A DNA stretch of 64,000 bases, from positions 12,441,723 through 12,505,722 of the forward strand of contig CM119263.1 in NCBI GenBank assembly GCA_051294375.1, written 5' to 3'. This DNA is from Paraspadella gotoi (Eukaryota; Animalia; Chaetognatha). The notes beneath the pieces are model-generated. The model had not been told where the DNA came from. It made no database searches and saw only the letters and a program-made list of their open reading frames with translations. Shown here piece by piece: positions 13,801-26,564 of this stretch (within the stretch, counting starts at the first letter, position 1; each line of letters starts with the position of its first letter). A program made the position numbers and the translations under genes.

Positions 13801-14532
13801 AACGCAAATAAGGTAAAGCAGTAAACAAGCATACCGACCGACCAAAAAGTAAGTTATAGTTACTCCGCGAGTACGCAAGAAGACTTAGTAGGCAACGGAC
13901 TGGCTGACCTTGTAAACGGAGTCGTCTTGGCCAGGACGCGTCTCCCCTGCGCAGTTAAAGACGAAATCCCAGGTCTCTCCTTCCTCGATAAGGGATTCCA
14001 CGGCTTTCGCGTTTATCAAATTGGTAGAGACGAACTCAACTTTGCTTTAACGGGGAGCAAGCGAAAAACATTCAAAACTCTTGATTGATGCTCCTATTCA
14101 AGGTCATAATAGTTTTACACTCTATAATCTATACTTAAAATGCTGACAGAAGATAGAAATTAAGAGACATTAATTGTACGGAATACGTGATAATACCGTT
14201 CAATATAAGCAGTAAAGTGCACTACCAAACTGCAAATAACAATTATTCAAACTCCTTACATAAATTTTTAATTTCATTTTATTTGTCAGTGCTCCGAATT
14301 ACCCCTTTCATAATTAGCCGGCACTACCCTACGGCCAGGGTAAATCAGTACAAAGGAGTGTCACTTACCCTATAGCGCGTTTGGCCTCCTCGTTCATCCA
14401 ACTCAGTTCGGGGGGAACTTTATCCACGACTTTGACTCGGGAACAGAGATTATTGCTTGTGAGATACTGAACCAAATGTCTTCCTATAAAACCCGTACCT
14501 CCGAAAATCAGACACGTCGGTCTTTCAGACAT
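4874..14532 (-). CDS. NAD-dependent epimerase/dehydratase (extended SDR) family protein, multi-exon
   Basis: Exon 1 MSERPTCLIFGGTGFIGRHLV (GxxGxxG); WDFVFNCAGET (~13905-14045); RFIEISSG; IIVRPAIVYG; NTVHVDDLVRG; C-terminal exon 4874-5060. Two large repeat-filled introns. Confidence 0.82.
5399..5482 (-). pseudogene. Tc1/mariner transposase C-terminal relic
   Basis: Translates to PSYFNSLYESMPRRMQAVVDAEGEYLKY, matching the Tc1 C-terminal SMPRRxxAVIxAxGxxTKY motif. Confidence 0.8.
5810..7354. mobile_element. Tc1-type non-autonomous element (related copy ~42808-44276)
   Basis: TA-flanked imperfect TIRs CTGTCCTGTGTAAAAAAA / TTTTTTTGCACAGGACCTG; same ends in the TRAM1 intron; contains a nested long-IR MITE ~6520-7160 (related copy ~54680-55070). 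Confidence 0.55.
8430..11963. mobile_element. Degenerate ~3.5-kb TIR DNA transposon, superfamily not identified
   Basis: Imperfect ~60-bp terminal inverted repeats (TTTTCCGCAGAAAAT..AAAAGGTGTCATTCTTTCGTATTT vs AAATACGAAAAGAATGGACACCCTTTT..TTATTCAGCGGAAAA); interior has decayed coding-like composition. Confidence 0.55.
12151..12230 (+). ncRNA. Putative twister ribozyme, type P5 (5' LTR, copy 1)
   Basis: P5 CTGGC/GCCAG; P2 ATGT/ACAT; GA-CGG; P1 TGCC-GGTA; T^AA; GC; P3 CAGTGAC/GTCACTG; A; P4 GGG/CCC closing loop TCCGCAGC; pseudoknots CGG:CCG and GC:GC. Predicted cut between 12177 and 12178. Confidence 0.8.
12622..12701 (+). ncRNA. Putative twister ribozyme, type P5 (3' LTR, copy 1)
   Basis: Identical 80 nt to 12151-12230; predicted cut between 12648 and 12649. 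Confidence 0.8.
12830..12917. repeat. 18-bp tandem repeat AAGAAAGAATAGAAAGGA
   Basis: About 5 units inside the family A element. Confidence 0.9.
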
Positions 14533-15651
14533 TTTTAGTAATATTTGGATTATTTAAAATCCGACAACGCTGGTATTTTTATTACAATTTTTCCTAAAAC
14601 ATTTGTATAATGAAAATAAATTTCAATTCAGTTATCTGGAACAATATAGACCAAAAAAGGCTCGATGTTTTTGAAAACTTAATAGGCTAATTTTGAAATA
14701 AAAAATAATTAGACAGTTCTAAATACATCTGACATTACTTAGTATTGGAATAGATTTTTTCATTTAAGAATTTTAACTGTTTTTTGATAGATTAATTATC
14801 AAAATCGGAAAGTAATTAGTGAATAATATCGAACATATCATTCAACATGCAACTATGGTTGCTTTAAACTAAAAGTAATACTTAACTATTGACCAGTATA
14901 AATGAGACGCTTACTACTACTTAATCACTTGGTTCATTTTTCTACATATTTCCCTCGACGGCAGATGAATCACAGAGAGAGAGAGAAATAAAAAAAATAA
15001 CTAAGAAATATTAAAGAGTGAAGGTTATGAGATGAAAATAAATATCAAAAGAAATAGGGAAGAAAAGGGAGGGACATGTGAGGTTGAAATTTGAGAAAAA
15101 GTTGAACAATTGTTACGAAGCTAAAATGTCTAGTCAAAAGCAAAAAACTGATACATGTATAAATTTAGTCTTAGAGAAACGAAACTCTTCAAACCTTCCC
15201 TCAAAAGTTACACATCCTAATAGTACCAAAGTATCTATTAGAAAACTAAGCGTTCATAACTCAAAATCATTATTCGCCAGGACTCACGAAGTAATTATAT
15301 TATATTACTATATATTGAAAATCAATACATATTGTACATCTGTACATTTCAAGGCAACCGCCCACAGAAAAATTATGTTTAATAAGGAAATCGTCGTAGC
15401 GTTTAGAAATATGTCAAATAAGCCAATTAACTTAATAAAATTACTAAAAGAGCTAAGTTTGACTAAATACTAAGAAACGGGGGGAAGTCAGATAGTACAT
15501 TAAATTAAACTCATTAAAAGGTATAGTGGTTAACCTAACTTAGTTTAACGAATTTGAAAGAAAAGGCTAATTAGCTCAAATCAAAAGATGACAAATCGTA
15601 GCATTATTTAAGGACCGACAAAGGGAAAATTAGCAGGAGAGCAAGCCTTCA

Positions 15652-16761
15652 TCATATAAGATTAGAAATTGAGTCGAAATGTTTGAAAAGCCTTCGGAGA
15701 AGCAAAACGCCAATGGCAACAGACACGAGAATCATCAGATAAAGTGACGAAGACGCCGCTTGCGCCCTCGGTTCTAACGTTATGACTTCGTCAGCGGATT
15801 GAGCGGTGGTAGAAGCGTCAGCTGTTCGGTCTGAGTCGTCCCGGGTCGAGGCGCGCAGACGTAAGCCAGTTGCTTCAGAAGACGCAGAATCTGACGTATC
15901 GGCCAGTTCTAAAGGCGGATCTCCTTGAAAGGCGGGAGTCAAGGCGGCCGGAGGCGGAGTTTTCGGCGCGTCGTCACTGAGGCTTTCCGCCATGTCTTCA
16001 GCCGCTGGTCCGCCAATTGGCGCTGTCGCAACCAAAATTTCTTTACTCTTTTCGGTAATATCTCCCTTGAATGAAATCTGTTTGGCCAAATTCTTGACCT
16101 CTCGGAGGATCGGGTCGTCGTCCTTCAAAGTGTCGGGCTCCAATAATAACCTTTCATTCTCCACTCCGCAAGCGGGACACTTCCAGTTGCGTGAACGACG
16201 AGCTAGTTTACGCCGCTCCTCTGCCGAAATAAACCAGTTCAATTTGCACAAGTCAGGGCAAAAAACCCAAAGATTAACTTACCGGGAGGGTAATCAAGAG
16301 CTCCAATAGCCCCTTTTCCGGGTGTGGGTAAAAAACCAATAATGGCCATCATAGCAGTTCTGATCGACCACGAAGGCTGCCAACTTTCGGGATGATGACC
16401 AGAGATGCTGAGACAGATTTTTTTATTAATTTCGAAGCGGCCGTTGGGCGTGAGCAGAACGATGCTTGGTGGTTTCATTGGGTAATCATTAGGGAGCATA
16501 ATGCGCCCGTGATATACCTAGGATTAAAAGTAGCCAATGAAAAGAAGGGACGAGAAAAAAAGGGAAAAGGCGCGAATGTACCCCATTTGCGAACTCGGTA
16601 TCCGCTGAACCTCGGATGGTGAAGTGCCACTCGTATAGGTTGTCCTCAAGGGGTTGTGCATGGTATAACTCCGTCGGTTTATTGAGTTCCTTGGCTTCCT
16701 GCATGAGACGTTTGACTGAAGGACTGCGTAAATTATATCTAGCTGTTGAAGATTCTCCCAT
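15652..16761 (-). CDS. UBE2J1: ER ubiquitin-conjugating enzyme E2 J1 (tail-anchored)
   Basis: YNLRSPSVKRLMQEAKEL..AQPLEDNLYEWHFTIRG; PNDYPMKPPSIVLLTPNGRFEINKKICLSISGHHPESWQPSWSIRTA; hydrophobic C-terminal helix LYLMILVSVAIGVLLLRR. Confidence 0.95.
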
Positions 16762-16859
16762 GATCAGAAATGATTGCTCTAAAATGAAACAAAATTACGA
16801 AACGAAATTGAGATAACAGTGCAATGAGTAGAAAATGAAGGCAAAAACTAAATCACGAA

Positions 16860-18971
16860 TCATTTTTCCTCCAAAATTCGGTCAACGTAATGGTAGAGCA
16901 CAAACTCTCCGATTTTTTTTCCGTCTTTATCGTAATGGTACATCAGTAGACATTTGTCGCAGTAGAAGCAAGGATCGTCAGGGTCTCTCGGAGAGTCAGA
17001 CGTCATCCATGCGGCGGTGAAAGTATTACATGCCCTGCAGGGAATTCGCACCGGACGCAAGTGGTTGACGACGACGGGGTATCGAGATCGGTCGAAACAG
17101 TCGTCGGCGTGCAAAAGTCGGGCATCAGTGAATACAAACAAATGTTCGCAGTTTCCCTAAAATATAAGAATATAGACACTATCAGCTACGAAAAAATTAG
17201 ACAACAAAAAATGCAGACATAAGACTTCGCAGTGCTAAACTTAAAAAAAATCATATGCTTTTGACAACATTAACGTATCTTTCCCCCCTCAAGGAATTTG
17301 TTTCCTTCCAGGTTTTTTTTTTATATGAATAAAACCCCTCAACTCGCCTGATGAATGTAGACGTAAGGTTGACCTAAACGGATGGTGAGATCAATAAACC
17401 GAGTTTCGGTCATGTCGGCCTTCTTGAAATCGTTCATTTTCTTTCGCTTCGCCCAATCAATGATGTTTTGGCTGTAATCGATCGAAGTAACAGCGCGAAA
17501 GTCATTGTAGAAAGTTTCTTCAATAAAGAAACAACCCGAGGGGTAGAGGTCGCGATTGTGATGATCCTTGGGAAGGTTAGGATCCGACGAAAAATCACCA
17601 GGACACACATAATCGATTTGACACTGAAACCGATCGCGAAGTTCGTGGAGGTACTGTATTAAAACAAGCAGTTAAAAATAACCGGAGACCACGAATGAGT
17701 ACCTAAAAGTATAACATCAATAACCCACCTGTGTGGACAAGACGTTGTACGAACTGTCGGTCCTCATCTTGTGAAAGAAGTTGTCGCTGGTTTTCTTTTG
17801 GCGAAACTTAAAATTTCTGTATAAAGGAAGACAGGAAGTGAAAACTCCGAACGCTTAACTCCGCCTTCAAAATGCATTCATTTAAACCTTAACATGGTGA
17901 CAGTAAGAACGACCTCCGGAGCTTCCACGCGGTTCTCAAGTTCCTCTGGAAGTGGCAGCGATGAGAAATAATTGTATAACTTGGAATCTGGGTACCGAGT
18001 CATACCGCTCCAATTCTGAGAAAAATATATACATAAATATATACCCAGAGCAGCGAAACATTATTTATGAGCCGCCTACAAGGACTTACGAATTTATCCT
18101 TAAGTTTTTTCCGGCTTTTCAGTTTAAGAAACTGCGACGTCTTAAGATTGTTTTCCGGAATTTCCTGTAGCCAGTCCATTTGCTCGTGGTACATGTCATC
18201 ACCACCTAGTGATTTGTCACCCGTCACTGCTGTTAATTCTTCTAAGACATCGTCCGAAATTCCAGTCTTACGCTGTTGTTGACAGAAGTTGTTAGTGACA
18301 GAAATTGTTAGTGACAGAACCGTTCAATATAAGCAGTCCCTGAGTTTCGGATCAGGCTGTAACACCGTGTTACAGGCGGGTTAAGCGCCCCGTCCCTCTT
18401 AACTGCAAGGCTATTACCGGGCTAGAACCCCGGACCTTTGGGTTGGGAGGCGAATGACTTGCTTCCGGCACCAATGGCCGCTGAATAACGGTTGGTGGAT
18501 TTAAGTCCTCCATAGTAGTATTGGTGATTAACATCGTTTTATGAGGAAAACGCATATTATTTTTATTTGAGCAATATATTTCGGTTAACATCGCTTAACC
18601 ATAGTTCATTTGCGTTCATTAAGCGATGTTAACCGAAATATATTGCTCAAATAAAAATAATATGCGTTTTCCTCATAAAACGATGTTAATCACCAATACT
18701 ATGTACTCATACCGCATATACGATGACTCTCAAGCAATCCATAGTAGTATGAAATCTGATGCAAAACAGGCATCAACATCATTCAAAAAATCATAAAAAC
18801 ACATCCAACCTGAATGTAGGCCTCTTCGGTCTCCTCTACTATCTTGGTGGGAAGAAAAGCTTCTGAATCCGTTGTTCCCATTTGGAATCCCCAGTCGGAC
18901 ATAATGTCTTTAATATTGACAGGATCCGATATTCCGACGAAAACGCAATCGTCAGTTTTCGACAACGCCAT
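16860..18971 (-). CDS. SNAPC3: snRNA-activating protein complex subunit 3 (SNAP50)
   Basis: DLYPSGCFFIEETFYNDFR..DYSQNIIDWA..RFIDLTIRLGQPYVYIHQ|GNCEHLFVFTD..CRAC..PDDPCFYCDKCLLMYHYDKDGKK (zf-SNAP50_C-like); the ATG at 18971 is inferred. Confidence 0.9.
18290..18510 (-). mobile_element. Diverged tRNA-head plus twister-like element (solo-LTR or SINE relic) in SNAPC3 intron 1
   Basis: Minus strand: GACTTAAA (shared with the LTR 5' part), A-box-like TGGTGCCGGAAG, B box GGTTCTAGCCC, a degenerate P5-twister fold at 18406-18333, then TTCTGTCACTAACAA tandem units. Confidence 0.6.
18516..18701. repeat. Perfect 83-bp inverted repeat with 20-bp spacer
   Basis: Arms 18516-18598 and 18619-18701 are exact reverse complements. 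Confidence 0.95.
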
Positions 18972-19340
18972 GGTTGACCCTACTGCGATTCAACACCAAT
19001 ATTGAGCAGCAATTTCATAAAATACAAAAGATTAAATAAATCTGGTGGGCACCAATACAATTTGAGCCAATGCAGAAAAAATTACGAAAACGTAATAACA
19101 TGATAACTAAATAAAATCAACATTAAATTCAGAAAAAACTTAAAATGAATTATGAAATCCTGAGGAATTGAACGGTTTCATCACGATCATTCCAAAACAA
19201 TGTATTCAAAATACAAAAGAAGTAGAAAAATAAGGATTACTCTCAACAACAATTTTTCAAAGATAGTGAGAGCAATCATTTTTCAAAGAAAAGAGAGCAA
19301 AATTTAATAAATAAGGGCATATTTTCAAATTTTAAATATA

Positions 19341-21497
19341 TCAATTCTCGAAAACGCGTGCAACGATTTGAGCAAGGACAAATTTGTCCTGGAGAATACC
19401 CATGTGGTCAACTCCTTTAACTGGTGTTCCTGTCACGTTTTGTGGCTGCTTCCCAATCCACCGGCGCCAACCTTCAAGGGAGCGATGATTGACGGTACCG
19501 TCGCCACGATCATATTTCGTATCGGGTTGATAGTCTGTATAAATAAAATGAATGTTAACCGACGAATAACCAAATATCTATCGTTAGTTACGCCGCGAGT
19601 AATCAATTAAGTTAATATTTGGTAAAATGTTATGGTACCATAAGACCTCTAATGTGCATATTAAGGCGGCCCAAAATTCAGCACTTTTTATAACTTCTAG
19701 TTCTCTCAAAAAAATTTCTTTTTTCCTTCTACTACTAAATCGATATTCCATGCAACTTTTTGAATTAATCCATTGGGTTGTTGCACTGAAGCTTTTAAAT
19801 ATTTATTAATATATAACAAATGATAAAAAAAACATATAAAAATTTTATTTTTTAAGAACTGATTCCTATAGAGTTTGAAAAGTTAAATGAAAGTTAGTAC
19901 TACATTTTTTCAAATTTTGACAATAAATTGGTTTAAAATAGAAAAAACTTTAAAAAATCATCATTATTTTATAGTTTTTTAAAAGTTTCATTAATAAAAG
20001 TAAGTTTGAATTCACCTGGAAAAGGATGCCAGAAGGAATACGTGAAGTTAGCAGGTGTAGGAACGTCGCTCCCGTAATAGCAATGAACCTCAACTCCGGG
20101 GGGAACCAAGTCAAGACCATATTTCATCTCATCCTTGTACATATTCCATCCAGTCTCCCACCCCATATCACGAAAAAGATCTTCGTACTGCTGGACGGTG
20201 TAATTGCGTTTCTGCGTCATGACCAACACTTCTTTCGGTTCCCAAAAATTAGGTTTGGGCATCAACCAAGCAACCGAAGGTAGGGTGCTAAATGAACGAA
20301 TTAAAAAAATTAATTGAAAAGTAAATGAAACTTAATCAATGGAATACATGCCACCGCTAATAAACGTCCTCACCGTTGATATTTTCGTGACTTGAATGTG
20401 TTAACGATGTAAATATTGAGGTTATCACCGGAGCTCATGACTTTGAGTGTCTTCACAGAGCCTCCCCAGGGCGGAGCCAAAGCAATCAACGACTTCACAA
20501 ATTTGTCTTTCCACGCTTGACTCTGTTAACAGAGTAATATAAAATACAAAGATTCTATCCTATTCCTTTTAAGATATTTTTTAACAAGTTTGAGCAAACA
20601 ATGTCGGATCTGCCCACGATCATTAGCGGTAATTAATTAATTCAAATTAATTAATTAGGCAATTAATTAATTTGATCCGAAATGTTTGTTTTTAGGTATT
20701 TTCATTATTGATTGATTGTTTAAATAATTAATTATTAGATAAATAAATTGCTTGTTTGAATAATTAATTAATAGATAAATAAAAAGATTGATTAATTGAC
20801 TAATTGATTCACCGTTAAAATAAAATAAATAACGGTTAAGTTAAAAACAAATTTTCACCTTTATTAACGGTTAATTTTTAACGGTTAAGGAATCTCTAGT
20901 TAAAATGATGGAAGTTAAAAAAATGATGCAAGTTAAAACAAGTTTGAGCAAACAATGTCGGATTGCTACGATAATTAATTAATTAATAGATTAATTAATT
21001 AATTAATTAATTAATAGATTAATTATTTAATTAATTTTAATAATTAATTATAATTTATATTCAGCTTGTCATCATCGATGTCCTTAAAATTGAGTCAGTA
21101 CAGTTATTAAATGTTTTGTTACATTTTATCAAAACAAACATTATCCTCTATTATCGAGCCAGGCGGGCAAAGCCCGTCCTGGCTAGATTTTGATTCGGTT
21201 TAGCTTTCGGTCACGCTTTTTTGCAATCATGGCTTCTGAAAGTGTGATATCATAGGGAGTTGAAATTCATATATGGCTTCAAAGATCAAGATCTTTAAAA
21301 TTCTCATGTTTCATATCAATATTCGTATTTGTTTATGTTTTATTTACAAAACAAAAACGTTTTAATTATATGTCGCTCTCTCTCTCTCTTTCTTTTAAAT
21401 ATATGTCGCTCTCTCTCTCTCTCTCTCTCTTTTTTCTCCGTCACTGCTTCTCTTGATTTGTCTAAAAACGAGTTGGCTCTGCAGCGTCTGTCCAGCT

Positions 21498-21567
<70 letters not shown>

Positions 21568-22398
21568 AGATATAATGTGGGCTCAATAATGTAAAAAACG
21601 ATGCCGCGAACAGGGTGCGAACCCGGGTCCTTTGGGTAGAGAAGAGCTCACGCTACGTCCGGCGCCATAGGTACTGCTGATTCTTTAACGAGTAAAGGGG
21701 CTCTAGAGCTTCTCTCTCTCTCTTTTAATTATTATATATCGCTCTTTCTCTCTCTCTTTTTCTCTGCAGCGGCTGTCTGTTTCTCTCTTTTTCTCTCTGT
21801 GTGTGTATGTCCCCCTCTGTCCGATCTCTTGCGTGATCGTTGTTTTTTGAAAAATTCTGATTATTTTTTTCCTTCTAAAAACTTTTTATTATTACATTTA
21901 TTCCGCGCTTTTTTCAATACAAAATCCCATATTTTCATCCGAGATTTTCGGGGATTTATTCTCTTTCTTTCTCTCTCTCTCTCTCTCACTTTCTCTCTCT
22001 CTCCTCTCTTTCACTCATACACGCATTTGTTGTTTTATTGACTATCATCGCATCAATGAATGACAATCATCGCATCAGTGAATGACTATCATCACAGCAG
22101 TGAATTACTATCATCGCATCAATAATGATTATCATCGAATCAATAATCAATTCCTATTACATAAATAAATTACTATTACATCAATCAATTAGTATTACCT
22201 CAATCAATTACTATTACATCAATAATTCGTTATCGCATGATTTATTCGTTTTTTTCCCGGGTTTTTTCATTAATTTTCTTTGATAGTGGGCTCTGGCTCG
22301 ATCTTGAGTCTTTTAAGATTTTTTTATTTTATGTCTCCTTCTCTCTCTCTCTCTCTCTCACTCTCTCTCTCTCTTACTCTCTCTCTTCTCTCCTCACT

Positions 22399-22429
<31 letters not shown>

Positions 22430-23429
22430 TTTTATGCAATAGCGACGATCCTTATGCTTTTAAGATTTTTTTACTTGCATCATTTTTTCAACTTGCATCA
22501 TTTTTTCAACTTGCATTCCGTTAAAAACTTTATATCTAGCTTCTTCACTCACTTTCCTACTGGCTCACAAAATTTCATCTCAATATTATGGGTTAAAATA
22601 AATAAAAAGATTCAAGTAAATGTGACTCATATTTTTTTCATTTAAACTCATTTCCACTGGTATGTTTCCACTGAAACTTTATATCAAGCTTCGTCACACA
22701 TTTTCCTACCCACACACAAAATTTCAACTCAATCTATCCATCCAATTATGATTAATTAGAGTATTTATTGGTTAAAATAAGTAAAAAGATTTTAGTAAAT
22801 TCGACTTATGTTTTTTCCATTTAAACTAATTTCCACTCACACGATTCCATCGAAACTTTATATCCAGCTTTATCACACACTTTCCTACTCACACACAAAA
22901 TTTAATTCCAATCCAACAGCCAATCACGAGTTATTGGAGCTTTTTGCTAAGATGGGACGGATGGACGGATTGATTGACTAATTAATTAATTATTGATTAA
23001 TTTATTTACTAATTGATTTTAACTGATTAATTATTTGATTTATTAATACATCCTGCATATACATTTAATATAAAAGGAAAAAGAAGCATAATCAATTAGT
23101 AAAACAGGTTTTTTGTTTTTTTTCCATTTAAATCATTTCCACTCAAACTATTCCATCGAAACTTGATTTCCTGTTCAATCACACACTTTCCTTCCCACAT
23201 ACAAAATTCCAGGTCAATCAGCCCATCCACTCATGAGCAATTGTGTTCAAATAGTGAATATATTTTTTTTGTTTTTTCCATTTAAACTCATTTCCACTCA
23301 AACTATTCCATCGAAACTTCATATCCAGCTCAATCAAACACTTACCATCCTCACACAAAATTTCATTTAAATCCATCCATCCAATCACGATTAATTGGTG
23401 TTTTTTGCTAAGTGGGACGGCGACGGACG

Positions 23430-23484
<55 letters not shown>

Positions 23485-24741
23485 GACAGACGACGGACAT
23501 CATTTTTTTTTGCATAATTTATCATAATTCGATGTTCTGACATGATATAAGTGTGTGCCCGACAATATTGTGGGGGCGGACCGACGGACCGACAAAGTGA
23601 GTTATAGAGTCGGGATTTGCTGATAAGCAGATCCGACTAAAAAAAGTATTATTAGTGCCGCATTAACAGATCAGTTTAAGCCCTTGAAAGCGATTTACAT
23701 GTATTAGCGCAGTTAACGATGACAATGTAAAGCACGACGTCACTCAAAGAGATCTAATTCATACATAATCCTACCCAAGCCTGATAGGTTATATGGAAAG
23801 CACTTGCCTGTTGAGTGAGGAAGTAATGTGCCAGTGGGTTACCCATAGAATGCCCGACGAGTACTACTTTCCGGTTGGAATTGATCGAATAAGTTTCTTC
23901 TATGAGCTTCTTCAAATCTAGATTTACCAAATACGTAATGAAAGATGAGAGTAAACACAAAGTATCCGATATTATCACAAATTTTTTTTATATTAAAATT
24001 TATGTTAATAATAATGGTAGCATTAAGTCGGGTTTCCAGTTTTGTCACGAGACAATAGGCTGCATATACCTCCAAAAAATTCAGTGGACAGTTGAGAAGG
24101 ACCTTTGCGAAAGTCGAAAGGTGCGCCTCGTAAAGACTCGCCCCTCTTTAGTCCCGCCTTGACCAAAGCATCGGAGATTGACTGAAAGTACACCGAGTAA
24201 CCGAGACGGCTGCAGCATTAGAATCGACAACCGAATCAATTAGTAACAAAGTTCTACTATTTATTTGCATTATAAATGTTTTGACCTACCTAGGATCTAG
24301 ATAGTCTATTGTTGTTGTGTTACCGAAACCGGGAAATCGTGTTAGGACGCCAGCAGGGCTGTGAGACTTGTGGGTCACAACGTTGTACTCGAGACGCATG
24401 TTGTCGATAAAGCAATCAAGAAAAAACGGGGCGAGAAGCTCCGCATTAACCCAGAGGTCAAACCTTATCAAGAGAAAAGCCTAAAATACCTAGTAATTTG
24501 TAAAATTTGATGTACTCTGGCCTAGTTACCAATAGTCGGTCTTTCGTGAGCAGAAAATGTGGGGGGCGGAGGTTTTGTTGAGTTTGGCTTCGACCTGACT
24601 TCCTCCATCGCCGGGGAGCAGAATTACCGGGTGGGGTATTCCGCTCGAGGTGGCCAAAGGCCAAACGATGAGGATCAATGTAAAAACACCAATCGATGTT
24701 AGCAATGAATCACCCTCGTTTATTTTTTGCGGCCAAAACAT
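19341..24741 (-). CDS. PLA2G15: Lysosomal phospholipase A2 / LCAT-like acyltransferase
   Basis: Hydrophobic N-terminal segment; HPVILLPGDGGSQVEAKL; CFIDNMRLEYN; nucleophile elbow VGHSMG; SQAWKDKFV..APPWGG; PPGVEVHCYYG; GDGTVNHRSL; DHMGIL; TGA at 19341. Confidence 0.9.
20582..23639. mobile_element. Helentron/HINE-like composite element, family B, in PLA2G15 intron
   Basis: Start TAACAAGTTTGAGCAAACAATGTCGGATCTGC (also at ~20937 and 29112), internal tandem ~170-bp units (22520-23400), (GACG/GACA)n at ~23415-23498, end hairpin AGTCGGGATTTGCT-GATA-AGCAGATCCGACT inverted to the start motif. Confidence 0.68.
21601..21675 (-). pseudogene. tRNA-like/SINE-head sequence embedded in family B element
   Basis: Minus strand TGGCGCCGGACGTAGC...CCCAAAGGACCCGGGTTCGCACCCTG followed by TTTTTT; resembles the head at 18411-18480; no complete cloverleaf. 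Confidence 0.5.
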
Positions 24742-24877
24742 TTTTGTGGGTTTTTTTATGTTTTTTTTTATGCAAAGTCTATCATCCGTACAGAATTGGG
24801 TTTTACACGTCTAATTTTATTTTTAAATATAAAGAAAGAAACGTAAAAAACAAATCAATTTAAACAAAAATTAGTTT

Positions 24878-26549
24878 TTATTCTGAATTAGTTTTTGGAA
24901 GGTTGATAATTCCATCATCAAAGTTGACGCGCTTGATTTCTTCCCCTCTGGCTGCCAGAATCTCCTCGATATTTTTTTCAGAGTCCCTGTCGATAAGACA
25001 TAAGCCATTAGGTGAATAATTATAATCGAAATTAAACGGAAAATAATAAAAATAATCCTATTTCTAAGAGAAAAATCTTAAAAGCATAAGGATCGTCGCA
25101 ATCGCATAAGAAAAATCTGGATTGACGACAAATTTTGACACTAAAAAAATTAAATTTTAGAAAGAAAATTAATTTATAAACAGAAAGAAAAAGAAAAAAA
25201 AAGAATAATAAATATAAAACAGTAAAATAACTTATTTTCGAGTTTAATTTTAAGCAAGTGCTAAGTCTGGAAAGACATTATTGAAGGTACTTTTGTTTTA
25301 CTTTTAGCCCGCATAAGCGAGGAGTTTGATCGAATGCAACCTCTCTAAACACTGTCAACATTCCCAGACAAAAGACAAAGTGAAACTCGAATCAGTCTGA
25401 CGAAGTGAAGTAAAGACTATAGACTATAGTGAAGTAAAATGAAGTAAAGTAAAATAAAATAATAAAGTAAATATATATTGAAAAAAAAATATTATTCTGA
25501 TTGATATTTAGAATATTTAGGAAAAAAAATCCACAAAAATCTCGGATGTAAATTTGGGAATAAATGGCGATAATAAAGTTTTTAGAGGGAAAAAATTATT
25601 CAGAGAGAGAAAGAGAAAGAAATAAATCAAAAGGCAGCAGCAGAAGCAGCAGGAGAAAAGAGAGAAAAAGAATAAGCCCTGCAGAGTCAGCTGCAGACTC
25701 AAAAGGCAGCAGCAGAAGCAGCAGGAGAAAATAGAAAAAGAATAAGCCCCTGCAGAGCCAGCTGCAGACTCGTTTTTTTTCCCTATGAATCAGTGACTAG
25801 GGAAAAGAGAGAGGGAGAGAGACATGTCATTAAAAGAGAAAAGAGAGAGAGAAATATAAAAATAAAAGAGAGAAAACTTGTTTGTTTTGATAAAACGTAA
25901 TCAAAACATATTTAATAACTGTCCAGACTCAATTTTAAGCACATCGATGATGAGAAGCTGTATATAAATTTTCAGCTTCATACACCCAAATTTAATCATA
26001 AAAAGGCGATCTATAATTTGGAAAGATCTATAATTTGGAAAGACAACGACGACGCCACTTATGCGCAAAAGCGTTACAATATCGTCGCAAACGCTAAGCG
26101 ATTGCGTCGATTAAAAGTTTGAAGATATTCTGAACAAACATCGCTTTGTCTTTCTTAATTTTATTTTCTATACTTAATTTTATTGTGTTAAATTACCTGA
26201 ACCACCCGAGATTGTCGGCGATAAGATGACGATTTTCGCAACCGTCACAAAGCACGATAACAACGCCCTTCTCGTATGAGTTCTTATTAATGAATTTCTC
26301 AACCCGAGAGCCACACACTTTACAGGTGAACCCGAGAAAAAGTTTTCCTTGGATTTTCGCTAGGGGTATCGGGGTAGAGTTGTAGAGGGTGGAGAACGAT
26401 TGAAAGGATCGAGACGATTTCAAGAAAGACGAAGCAGCGATCGATGAAATCAATTGCACGCCGGAACGCGTTTGCCCGATCTTATATGAGAAGTTCACGA
26501 AATGACGAGACCCCACCCCACGCAAAACGCGAATCAAACCGACAGACAT
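24878..26549 (-). CDS. DNLZ: DNL-type zinc finger protein (mitochondrial Hsp70 escort, Hep1/Tim15), 2 exons (26549-26197, 24986-24878)
   Basis: Arg/Ser-rich presequence, then FTCKVCGSR..SYEKGVVIVLCDGCENRHLIADNLGWF|RDSEKNIEEILAARGE. Confidence 0.95.
25071..26112. mobile_element. Helentron/HINE-like non-autonomous repeat, family A (other copies 544-1176, 8400-13433 interrupted, 43425-44056; ends at 31251-31353 and 36142-36200; inverted fragment ~22437-22470)
   Basis: Shared start AAAATCTTAAAAGCATAAGGATCGTCGCAATCGC, (GA)n-rich core and terminal hairpin ATCGTCGCAAACGCTAAGCGATTGCGTCGAT, whose arm is inverted to the start motif; sits in A/T runs with no TSD seen. Confidence 0.7.
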
Positions 26550-26564
26550 TTTGTTGTAGCCGAA

